In this document: piece after piece, positions 46,143 to 57,751 of the stretch
How the letters are laid out: the number at the start of each line of letters is the position of its first letter
Position numbering within the stretch: the first letter of the stretch is position 1
From: Eledone cirrhosa
Lineage: Eukaryota
Length of the DNA stretch: 64,000 nucleotides
Assembly: GCA_964016885.1 (NCBI GenBank)
Contig: OZ024741.1
Span: forward strand, 45,012,001 to 45,076,000
Reading direction: 5' to 3'
Notes under the pieces: generated by a model
Databases searched by the model: none
The model's input: only the letters and a program-made list of their open reading frames with translations
What the model was told of the DNA's origin: nothing
Translations under genes and position numbers: made by a program

Positions 46143-48600
46143 TGGGTCCTCGATATACGGTAGTTCTTTATCCGGTAGATTTACAGATATGGTTTTGGGT
46201 AATTACTACCATCAATTCTATTTACGGTAAAAAAAGTTCACAGATACGGTTTTTGGTCCTGTTTTGTTTATATTGTACCGTAGCACCACCTGTAGTAAGC
46301 AATAAATTCCCCCTTGAATTCATGGAAACTGACTGCTATTCGAATTCTAGGAAAATTGTGTTAGTACTGCTATCGTACTAACTGACCTTACCGAGAAACT
46401 GGCCAATCACGAGCGAGTTCAGATATCGATCGTTGACGTCATAACCCTTAACTGATCACTTCAGTTCGGCAAACTAGCGTGTCCTCTCAGTGAGAGAATA
46501 TTTGCCGAACTGAAGTGATCAGTTAAGAGTTATGACGTTATTCAAAGTAAGAGTAAACCTGACGGCGTGTTTTTGGAGCATAATTATCACGGCATATCAT
46601 ATAACCCCATATCTCATGGCCCCAAAACGTCCTGCAAATATTGCTGATGCAGAAGGAAAGGCCAAACGCATGAGGAAGAGCCTGACTTTAGAGATAAAGC
46701 TGGAAGGAACAGGAAGGAACAGGAGCAAGGTACATCCGCCATAAGTCGTAACTTAGGCCTAGCCCAGTCTACAGTCTGGACTGTTTTAAAAAAATAGTGA
46801 GGCTGTCAAAAAAAGCTGGGGAGAATGCTACGAGTCTACAAAGTAAATTGTTGACCAAACATCGTGAGCCGATTATGGATAGGATAGAAATGTTGCTCAA
46901 AATTTGGATCGACGACTAAAATCGTCAAAATATGCCTCTGTTTTTAAATGTAATCAGTGGAAAAGCATTGTCAGGCTCAAGACTGAAATGGTGGTGGAGG
47001 ACGTTGTATTCAAGGTAAGCAAAGGCTGGTTTGATAAGTTCAAACGACGTTCGAGTCTTCACAACATAAAAGTTACAGGTGAGGCTGCCAGTTCCAACAA
47101 AGAGAGTGCTGAAAAATTCAAGGCAGAGTTAGAGAAATGCATTGCAGAGAAGGGGTACAGCAAAAAACAGGTTATTAATTATGATGAAACAGGACTTTAT
47201 TGGAAAAAAATGACCAGTAATACTTATATTGACAAGGAGGAGAAAAGTGCGAAGGGGTTCAAAGCCTCAAAGGATCGCGTTACTCTGTCACTTGGAGGGA
47301 ATGCAGAAGGAGATTTAAAGCTAAAGCCACTCATTATCTACCATTCGGAAACTCCAAGAACACTCAAGGGGTTACTTAAGCAATACCTACCAGTGATATG
47401 GAAGTCTAATGAGAAGGCATGGCTGATCACTTCAATTCACCAGGAATTTTTCCCTCATATCTGTCACCAACCCTTAAGGAATATGCATTAGCTAACAACA
47501 TTGCTAACCGTTTTCTGCTATTAGTGGACAACGCTCCCAGCTACCCACGGGCAATGGAAGAAGGGTCAGAAAATATTGAGGTTTTGTTTCTTCCCCCCAA
47601 ACACCACAGATCTCATTCAGTCGATGGATCAAACAGTCATCAAAACATTTAAGGCATACTACTAGCGGAGATCCATGCAGCAGTTCATAAAGGGCACAGA
47701 TGGGCCTGACAAGCCCACGATCAGGGAATGGTGGAAATTGTACAACATCAAGCACGGCTTAGACAACATCAAGGCATCTTAGGAAGAAGTGAAGCAGTCT
47801 ACCATGGCCTTGAAGAAATTATGGCCAGCATGTGTGAATGACTTCCAAGGCTTTGCTGAGGACATTGGTGCGATAAAAAAAGATATTGTAAATATCTGCC
47901 ATAGAGCTGGCTTCGATGGTGTTAATGATGATGAGGTGCAAGACCTTTTGGAAAGCTATGCTGAACCACTCTCCAATGATGAACTCATAGAACTAGACAA
48001 GGCGATACAGGAGACAGAAAAAGAAGAGGAGGACGAAGAACCTGTGCTTGGCTTGGACATAAAACTCTAAGAGAATGTCTCGAGATTATCGAAACAATCT
48101 TAGAAACCCTGAAGGAGCGTGACCCCAACCCAGCTAGGAGCAGCAGAGTGGCTCAAGATGTCGAGAAAAGCGTTAAGATTTACCAAGAAATGTATGAAGC
48201 TAAAAGAAACACCGCCAAACTGTCCTCCATCTACTCTTTCTTCAAGCCAGTCACACCTGCCAAGCGTGCTACAGCTGGCCCTTCAACATCCACTGCAGTC
48301 AACGAGTTTGTTGGTTTTGAGCCTCCCACATCACCCTCATCCTCCCCTGCCAACTCAGCCCAAGATGAGTAAGGGCTGAAACCCATACTGTCCCTTAGCC
48401 TTTGGAGGGACACATGAAGTGGCACATCATCTGATGGTACAGTAAATAAAAAATAACATTATTTCTTTTCTGTAGGGATGACTTTTTCGATGTGCTGGAA
48501 CGCATCCCTATTTCATGTTACAATGGGTTCTTAATACGGTAATTCGATATACGGTAAGGGTTTCAGGAACGAATATATACCGTATATCGAGGACTCACTG
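46140..48600 (+). mobile_element. Full-length Tigger/pogo-type (Tc1/mariner superfamily) DNA transposon
   Basis: TIRs CAGTG(G/A)GTCCTCGATATACGGT at both ends, each flanked by TA. Confidence 0.95.
46617..48372 (+). pseudogene. Tigger/pogo transposase, frameshifted (CENP-B-type HTH plus DDD domain)
   Basis: MAPKR..RKSLTLEIKL, FKVSKGWFDKFKRR, NYDETGLYWKK, KDRVT...NAEG, LLLVDNAPSY. Confidence 0.92.
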
Positions 48601-48622
48601 TATATATATATATCCATATATA

Positions 48623-51600
48623 TCTTTGTTGACCATTGTAAACGATGATGACCCCTTCTGTATTTTAGATCCCGTCTGACATGGGCACGAAGGTGGCTGT
48701 GGAGGCCGATCCTTGACTTGCAGGTCCGGGAACAGTGTGGGCAGGGGAAGAGACCGGAGTTGCTTGGGACAGCTGTTGATACATTTATCCTCCTTTCACG
48801 GGCTCAGTGACCTCTGCCCGTCTCTTCTCTTTAAAAGATTCTTTGGCCCGTCTGGTAAGGGCTCCCCACTCAGTCCTGTCCTGAGCATGGGACTCGAGTT
48901 GCTTTGGTGCGATTCCAGTGTTGTTGATACTGGACTTCACGCAGTCTTTGAACCTCTTGAAAGGTCTGCCCCGCCTTCGTTTCCCCGAACATTGTTCCCC
49001 ATACATCAGTTGCTTCGGAAGTCTGTGATCGTCCATCCAGATGACATGTCCCACCCATCGAAGTCGGCTCTTCAGTATCATAGCTTCGACACTCGTTGTC
49101 TCAGCCATGTCAAGAACTTCGATGTTGGAGAACTTGTCCTGCCATTTGATGTTCATGATTGACCGCAGGATGCGCATGTGGAACCGTTCCAGCTGCGTCA
49201 GGTGCCTTCTGTACAGGGTCCATGTCTGACATCAGTAGAAGAAGCTGGTGAGAATAACGGCCCTGTACACCTTGAGCTTGGTGGACTGCCTGATGTTGTG
49301 CTGGTTCAGGACGCGTGTCCTCAGGTGGCCGAGGCCTTGACTGGCCTTGTAGTTTCTGGCGTTTATATCCTTATCGAGGCTTCCATCGCTGCTGATGACA
49401 CTGCCGAGGTACTTGAAGTCATCCACCGTCTTTAGCTGAGTGCCTCCGATGGAGATGGAAGGAGATGGGCGACTGAGGCAGGTGCAGGCTGGAACAGGAC
49501 CTCAGTCATGCCAAGGCTAATTGTGAGACCGAAGAGGCAGGAGGCCTCCGCGAACTTGTTGACGATGACTTGGAGGTCAGACTCCCTGTGGGCCATGAGA
49601 GCACAGTTATCAGCAAAAGTGCCTCCAGGACGATCCTCTGCACGGTCCATGTCTTGGCCGCCAGGCGCCGCAGACAAACAGGGCGCCATCCAGTCTGTAT
49701 CGCAGATGCACTCCGTGCTCGAGTCCCTGACGGCATGATTCAGCACGCAGGTGAAGAACAGGTTGAAGAGGACGGGATCCAGCACGCATCCTTGCTTGAC
49801 GTGTTGGTGATTCCGAACGGCTCCGATGCCTTTCTCCCCGAGCGCACCTGCCCAGCCATGTCGTCATGTAATTGCCGTATCAGGTTACAAACGTTGTCGG
49901 GCATCCAAACTTCGACAGTATCGAGCAGAGGGCCTCCCTGTTGACAGTGTCGAAGGCATTCGTCAAGTCTATGAAGACGGCACAGAGGTCCATGTTCTGC
50001 TCGACATACTTCTCCTGCGCCTGGCGTACAGAGAAGATCATGTCGATCGTGCTGTGGTTTGGGCGGAACCCACGCGGGGCCTCAGGTAGTTTGTCCTCCG
50101 AGATGTTGGCGATGAGGCGGTTGAGCATGACCCGAGCCAGGAGGGAAATGCCCCGATAGTTGCCACAGTCAGTTTTGCTGCCTTTGTTGTTAAAAAGCGA
50201 GACAACTGTGGCATCCCTGAAGTCTTTGGACACCTCTTCTTCCTCCAATATGCTGACGAGGAGGGTGTGGAAGGCCCCCAGGGCAGCTGGACCGGCCGAT
50301 TTGAAGATCTCGGTAGGAATCCCGTCCTTCCCAGATCCCTTTCCTGAGCTGGTCTAGTTGATTGCCTTTGTGACTTCATCCAACGTGGGGGGGGGGGGCG
50401 AGGCGGCCGACTACGGGCTTCTGTGGGACCTTGTCGAGGGCGGCAGGGTCGACAGTGGGGGGCCTGTTGAGCAGGTTGCTGAAGTGCTCTCTCCACCTCC
50501 AGTTGATGCTGCTCTTCTCGTTCAGCAGGATCGAGCCGTCAGCAGACAGCAGCGGTGTGCTGATAGGCTTGGGGGGTCCGTAGACGTCCCCGATGGCGCT
50601 GAAGTACATCTTGGAGTTCTTTGTGTCAGCGTATCTCTCGATTTCTTCGGCCTTCTTTTTCCATCACTTGTCCTGCATTCTGCGTAGCGCTGCTTGGGTC
50701 TGCCTATGGAGGTACTTGAAGCGGTCGTGCTTCGAGCTGGAGGAGCTGTCATTCTGCCACTCAATGAAATCCCTCCTCTTCTCGTCCAGGAGTTGTCTGA
50801 TGCGCTCATCGTGTTCATCAAACCAGTCCTGGTGCACTCTCTTTCTCGGCCCGATGGTTGCCATGGCTGACTCTGTCACCAGCGACCTGAACTGGTCCCA
50901 CCTCTGAGTTGGGGGTCCGGTCAGTGGTCCATGGGCAGTCAGCCGGCCGCCCAGGTCTTCCGCAAAAGCATCACAATGTTCTGGCTGTTTGAGTCGTGCT
51001 ACACCGAAAGCTGGCCTACAGTCTTTCGGAGTCTTGCGATGCCTGGGGGTGATGTGCAGTGATATGATAGTCATGACAAGGCGATGGTTGGTCTAACACT
51101 CTGCATCAGGAATGGCCTTGGTGATTCAGACGTTACGGATGTCCCTCATGCGTCATATGGCAAAGTCAGTCAGATTCCACTGTTTGTATCTGGGGTGCTT
51201 CCATGTCGTCTTGAACTTGTCTGCCTGGCGGAACAGTGTGCTGGTGATGGGGAGGTCGTTCTCGGCGCAGAAACTCAACAGTATGAGGCCGTTAGAGTTC
51301 AGCTTCCCTGTGCCGTGAGGTCCCAGCACGCCTCTCCAGTTGCTGCTGTCGGACCCGACTCTTGCGTTGAAATCTCCCAGTAGGATGCGTTTATCACTTG
51401 AGAGGACGCCATTCACGAGTGCGTGGATTTCCCCTTAGAAAGCGTCCTTTGCTTCATCGCTGCTGTTGAGAGTGGCAGCATACGCGCTGATGACTGTTAC
51501 ATGCTGAGATGGGTCGAGGGGGAAGCGGGCTTCATCATCCGCTCACTCACAGGTGTTGGGAGGTCTGGTAGCTGCTTGCAGAGTGAAGTCCTGATGGCCA

Positions 51601-52345
51601 GGCCTACCCCGTGGATTCTGTCCCCGTCTTTTGCATTGCCCTTCCAGAAGAAGGTGTAGCCTCCTTTCGGTTCTGCTATTGATCCTTCTTCGGCAAGTCT
51701 AGTGAGGGTGGCTATGTCGATCCGGTCGAGAGCTAATTCCCTTGCTATGAGGGCAGTTCTTCTCTCTGACCTCAAGGAGGTTTCCCTATCCATGAGGGTG
51801 CGCACATTCCATGCGCCAAGAATCAAGTTCTTTCTATTATGTTGGTTTCGACCACTTGCAAGGGTAAAACTGCCAGCCGCGGTAGACTGGCCGGCTTTGT
51901 GTGGGACGAGAGCATTTGGTTTAGGGCTCCTTTTATCGCCACTCCCTCGTGTGAGGGTGAGCAGTACTCCCCTGAAAAGGGCTGCTAAGTCGCCCGGTCG
52001 AACGCCTGATCTCCTCTGTCATCCCAGGGTCAGCAGAAGAACGACCTGCGCATCCAGGACGCCAACGTGTGGGTTTGAGAGTGGCAACTATCAGAGGTTA
52101 CCTCCATCTGTTACCTCCGCCTCTCGCCCATCACCGCAGGGCTTTGGGAGTGCACGCTAAAGAAGGAACCTGTGCGGGAAAGGTTTATAGTGAGAGGGCC
52201 AGTGCACAGTGACGGTCCCACTCACTCTGCCGCAGATGCTAGATTCCGGTGGTACAGAGGACCGTTACGACCAGGGACTTCCTTAGCTGCAGTGGATGGC
52301 CACAACGTCTGTAGTTCCTTGCCATGACCTAGCGCTCCACACAGC
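48623..52345 (-). mobile_element. Near full-length, frameshifted RTE (BovB-like) LINE: 5' UTR, APE endonuclease, RT
   Basis: LGAWNVRTL, LLGDFNARVG, HQDWFDE, CGNYRGISLL, FIDLTNAFDTV, FKYLGS, RLRWVGHV. Confidence 0.95.
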
Positions 52346-52348
52346 TTG

Positions 52349-52422
<74 letters not shown>

Positions 52423-52452
52423 TTTTTTTTTTTCTCTCTTTCTCTCTCCCTG

Positions 52453-52520
<68 letters not shown>

Positions 52521-52524
<4 letters not shown>

Positions 52525-52961
52525 TGATACCAGTCCTTCATCAGTGATTTTCCAACCTTCATTGGTATTTCATCGCTTTAAAAATCATATAACTCTAGTT
52601 GGTGCGAGCAATGATATCTATTAAGCTTAAGCTGGGTGAATTCATGGACGAGAGAGATATACAGACCATCCGACATGGGTGAGATGTGAGCGAGAATCTC
52701 ACATTAAGCTTAAGCTTAATAGATATCATGTACTTGTTTCTTCCTATCTTTCCGTTGCAATACCATCTTTGTTTGTTTACATGTCTCGCTCGCTTCACGC
52801 TATATTAGTTGTCCCTATAGCTTTATTTAGCTATTGCTCGTACCAACTAGAGGTATATGATTTTTAAAGCGATGAAATACCAATGAAGGTTTGAAAATCA
52901 CTGATGAAGGACTAATTGTATTCATATGTAACCCATGTGCAACCACGCAGCACTCCATTCT

Positions 52962-52966
<5 letters not shown>
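52521..52966. mobile_element. Head-to-head non-coding element carrying only the 5' half of an HHR on each arm
   Basis: 52521-52612 inverted against ~52833-52925. aaaatca-CTGATGA-AGGAC with no matching GTCC-GAAA. Confidence 0.6.
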
Positions 52967-53033
<67 letters not shown>

Positions 53034-53073
53034 AGAATGGAGTGCTGCGTGGTTGCCCATGGGTTACATATAT

Positions 53074-53796
53074 ATATTGTTATACTTTGGGAGGGTCATG
53101 TTGCCAATAAGATACACACGCACCGGATGCTTTCACTTCATTTAGGAATTTATAAATTTGCGGTTGGTTGGTTGGTTCCACAACCAGATGATTGTTTATA
53201 TATTGTCAAAGTTCTTTCGTCACACATTCTGTGACCTCTTCAGTGATTGGGGATTTTTTTTGTGCCTCTCCTTTGTTCTGTCTTATGCCATCTTGTTTTT
53301 GTGTGTGTTGTGTGCTTAGTTTGCACATGTGTTACATCCGGGTGTCTATGTGTGTTTATATTTGTTTATTTATTTGTTTATTTACATGTTACTGGTTGGT
53401 TGTTTCTTCTATGTGCGTGTGTGTTTTCATTTTGTCCTTAATTGTAAGTTGTGATGTTGCTGTTCCATTCATGTTTTCTATTTAATTTTGGTTGGAGTTC
53501 ATTTATATTTATTGCCTCTGTGATTTGTCTAAACATTGCGTCTTTTCTGGGTGTAGATTCTATTTTTATTTCTATGTTCTCTAATTTACTATCTTCTATT
53601 TTAGCATGTTGGTACAGTACAGATGATTCTTTACTAATTTATAAATTCCTAAATTTATAAATTTATTATAATAAATTGAAGTGAATGCAACTGGTGCGTG
53701 AGTTTCTTATTGGCAACATGACCCTCCCAAAGTATAAAAATATCGGTTTCAACACACGTTTTCAGATAAAGAAGCTTGCTAAACAAATTTAGAACG

Positions 53797-53800
<4 letters not shown>
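53074..53800. mobile_element. PLE family B head-to-head insertion (minus arm 53074-53635 with HHR 53205-53246; plus arm with long end)
   Basis: Matches 8030-8600. tca-CTGAAGA-g-GTCAC..GTGAC-GAAA-GAAC-TT-tga. Confidence 0.88.
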
Positions 53801-53836
<36 letters not shown>

Positions 53837-53939
53837 TAATAATAATAAATTTGAAGACTAAAATCCAAAGAGGGCTCGATAAGGATAAATATATATCAAG
53901 TATAAAAATATAAAAAACATACTTTAATCTGTTATTGTA

Positions 53940-54057
<118 letters not shown>

Positions 54058-54188
54058 GTGGGTTTTTTTTTACAAAATGAAAAACAACCGAGGTGTCCTA
54101 CACGAGTGAATGTATAAAGAAAAAAAGATAAAATCGAAAATGCAACTGGAGTCTTATTTTTTTTTAAATATATATATTTGTTTTGTTC

Positions 54189-54224
54189 CTTTACCGGTTT
54201 CGCAGTTCTTATGCTTTTCAAAAG
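54189..54224 (-). ncRNA. Minimal hammerhead ribozyme with U3-A8 core (family F)
   Basis: ctt-TTGAAAA-GCA taagaac TGC-GAAA-CCGG-TA-aag. Confidence 0.72.
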
Positions 54225-54253
54225 TAGAGTTGAGATGGAGGGTCTGTGGCTTT

Positions 54254-54290
<37 letters not shown>

Positions 54291-54754
54291 TATATTTAGA
54301 GTTTTAAACTCAAACAGTCATTTACAATTAATTAGCTCAAAGAAAGAAGCATTTCTGAGCTGTGAAATACAAGTTAATATAAATTAATATATGATAAACA
54401 CATAAGTGTTTGTATTGCAAAAGACGAAGTTAGCTAGAATGAAATAAATTAATTAAAATAAATATAGTTTGTCTGTCTCGATATAAATCAATAGAAACAA
54501 ACTCATATTGGCAAAAGCCGTGATTCCTGGACAAAATCCAAACCTGCTCCGTAGATGAATTTGAACTTCAAAACCTAAATATGTTTCGCAACGATGGTAT
54601 AAAAAGTGAAATATTCATATTAATTTATATTAACTTGTATATATATATATATTAAAAAAGAGATTAAATTTTTTTTTTATATTTTTATATTTGATATATA
54701 TCTATCCTTATCGAGCCCTCTTTGGATTTTAGTCTTCAAATTTATTATTATTAC

Positions 54755-54785
<31 letters not shown>

Positions 54786-54804
54786 TCAACAGTATATATA
54801 TATA

Positions 54805-55250
54805 TATATATTTATGTCTAGGTGGGCTAAAATTCCCGAGATCCATGGGCGAGTTCTCTTCAGCGGTCTCTGTCCCTCGTTATCGCTGCCATGTTCTGCG
54901 TCTCCAAGAGACCAGTGTATGTCCTTAGGGCATCAACATATGTTAATCCCCGTCTTCTTCTTCCAGTGTGTCCATGCAGGGGGCTCCCACAGGAGTACTG
55001 AGTGCAGTGTCAACACTGGATGTCGGTGAACATGTCCAGCTAACCTCAGCCTCATCTGTGCTACTCTTGAGCTGACTTTTGGGAGGCTCCCGTACAGCTC
55101 TGAGTTCTTCATCCTCAGTGTATACTGATTAATGTTCAAAGCCATACTCAGCATTCTCGTGTAGCACCCATTCACCATCTGAGTGAGTTTCTTGGTCAGT
55201 ATCCTAGACTCAGACCCGTACAGCATATCCCCAAAATGCTTCAGCATTCT
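54805..55250 (-). pseudogene. RTE LINE 3' fragment
   Basis: LYGSES..LT...GCYTRML..ALN...RLRLAGHVHRH...LLWEP. Confidence 0.85.
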
Positions 55251-55764
55251 AATAAATATTGCCTGAACAGGTAATCAAAGTGTGTATACATGTTTTCGGG
55301 AAACGCTATGTTATTATTCAGTTACTTTAAAACTAGTCATTCTAGATCTTTAGTTAGTAAACCAAATCTATTTCTCCATGTTATATTTTAAAAGCAATGT
55401 ATCAAATATGCCAAATTTCTATTCCAATTTAAACTAGCTGCCTCACGTTTATTCCAATTTAGTGCTTATAAATATATGTCATTAGTTTATTTTCACTGCT
55501 TCGTTTATTCGTAATTATTTATTTTTCTTCAAGTTTTCCCGGAAAAAGCATATCTTGTAAAAGTAGTTTTGCAAACCCAAAAAAGAAAGATCTAATTTCA
55601 ATATCACTCATAACTTATAAAAGTATAGATATTTTGTACCTATGGACTGTTACTTTTTATTACATTATGAGACACACGCGCGCGCACACAGACACACACA
55701 CATAAATACACACACACACACACACACACAGATATACATATATATATATTTCATTTTTTTTTTT

Positions 55765-56800
55765 TGTGAGATTTCTCATCTGAAAATGTGTGTTGAAACA
55801 GATATTGTTATACTTTGGGAGGGTTTTGCTGCAAATAAAAACAGATGCACCTGTCTGTTTTCACTTCAGTTTATTATCAATTTTTGGTTGGTTGATTAGT
55901 TCGATAACCAGATGGTTGTTTATATATTGTCAAAGGTCTTTCGTCACATATTCTGTGACCTCCTCATTGACTAATCTTCTTATTTTGTGTCTCCTCTTTG
56001 CTCTGTCCGACACCATCTTGTTTTTACGCGTTGTGTGTTGATTATTTAGTTTAAGCATGCGTTACACCCAGGTGTGTATGTGTGTTTTTATTTATTTGTG
56101 TGTTTATTTACTTGTCACTAGTTGGTTGTTTTTTTTATCTGTGTCTGATTTGTTTTGTTAGTAATTTTTGTGTGTGTCTGTATGTCTTCATTTTGTCCTT
56201 AATTACTAGTTGTGATGATGCTATTCCACTCATGTGTTCTGTTTAATTTTAGCTGGAGTTCCTTTATGCCTGTCACCTCTATGTTTTGTCTGAGCATTGC
56301 ATCTTTTCTGTGTGTGGACATAATATTTATCTCAATGTTCTCTAATGTGCCCTATGTTCTACTTTGGCATGTTGGTGTAGTACTAATGATTTTTCCCATC
56401 CTGGAGTTTTCACCAGTGTTCAATTATCCTTTCCCATATGCTACGGGCTGTTTCATCTATGTATGTTATGCTCTTATTCCTACACTCTTCCTCAGTACAT
56501 CTTATGCTATATACTACGTTCCTAGATGTGCAGTTAGTTTGTGGGCTTAACTCGCAGACTATGCATTTCCTATCAGTGGAAGGGTTCTTTGAAATGGGTA
56601 AGTTTTACTAATTATGGTTTTGTTGGAATACCTGATCTTTCAATTAACATTTTAGCTTGCCTAGGGCCCTTCTAAATCTGTAAGCTAGTTCGCCTCTAGG
56701 GGTTGTATTGCTGAAAACGACACTATGGTATTTATTGCTATTATACCATGAGTTGATTTTATTAGCCTTATTCCTAATCCTTTCTATTCTGTTCTAAATA
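55765..56800 (-). mobile_element. Older PLE family B 3' fragment with decayed HHR (~55930-55971)
   Basis: Colinear with 45008-45930 and with the family B terminus. Confidence 0.82.
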
Positions 56801-57270
56801 TTTTGGGTCAGAATGTTCGAAGCTTTAAAGGAATTAAAGCTTATATATATATGGTGGCTGCCAACTCGTTTTCGAGTACGGCCACTACTTTATATCCATG
56901 TAGGAGAACCCCTACCGATGCGCTGAACGAGTGTGACTTTTTAGTCCCGCCAGCGACTTGAAAACTCTGGTACAAACACTACACTTGTGACAATTATTGA
57001 CACATAGTGCTGGGCCCATGGTACCATGTGACGACAAGTGCAGAGAGATCTCCAGATATAAAGCAATGCCTGTGCCGTGAAGCTTTTATAGTGAGCAAAG
57101 GCACTGCACAAAGCCAGTCCCACTCTCTTAACCAAGATGATATTTATCAAAAAGAAGAACAAGTCAACATCATTGGATACCATCAGGGTTGCAGGTGTTA
57201 TATCAGAGTTTTCCTTCTCCTAGAATTCTGCCTTGACAAAGGCTAAGGGGTTAAGGGGTCATCTCTCCCG

Positions 57271-57306
<36 letters not shown>

Positions 57307-57311
<5 letters not shown>

Positions 57312-57673
57312 AACAGGAGCTGAAAGAAAATAGTTAATGTTTAAAGCAACATAATTGATTGAAAGTGGAATTGGGATGTGTCGGGGTGTTTAAGGAATGT
57401 TCTAGAAAGACCTTGCGAAAGTGCCCACCTGGTGGTTTTAATTCAATAGACGACCGTTGATGAATAAAATATAATGGCCAGATGCTTTTGAAATTCTTTC
57501 CTTATAGCTGAATCAACTATCTTAAATTTATAAAGAAATTGAAATGGAACCAGCAGGAGGGCAATTTCACAAGCCCTTTCTAAAACACTCCATAAATATC
57601 CCAACACCTGCCCACTCCACTATCAATCAATTATGTTGCTTTAAACATTAACTATTTTCTTTCAGCTCCTGTT

Positions 57674-57678
<5 letters not shown>
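57307..57678. repeat. Fold-back element between (TA)n tracts, ~141-bp inverted arms
   Basis: 57307-57447 inverted against 57538-57678. Confidence 0.85.

Positions 57679-57751
<73 letters not shown>

Noticed and set aside
48713-52160. Plus-strand ORFs over the RTE element
   Set aside because: Antisense shadows of GC-rich LINE coding sequence.
52150-52345. HDV-like ribozyme at the RTE 5' end
   Set aside because: Known in some RTEs, but I could not trace the nested pseudoknot by eye.
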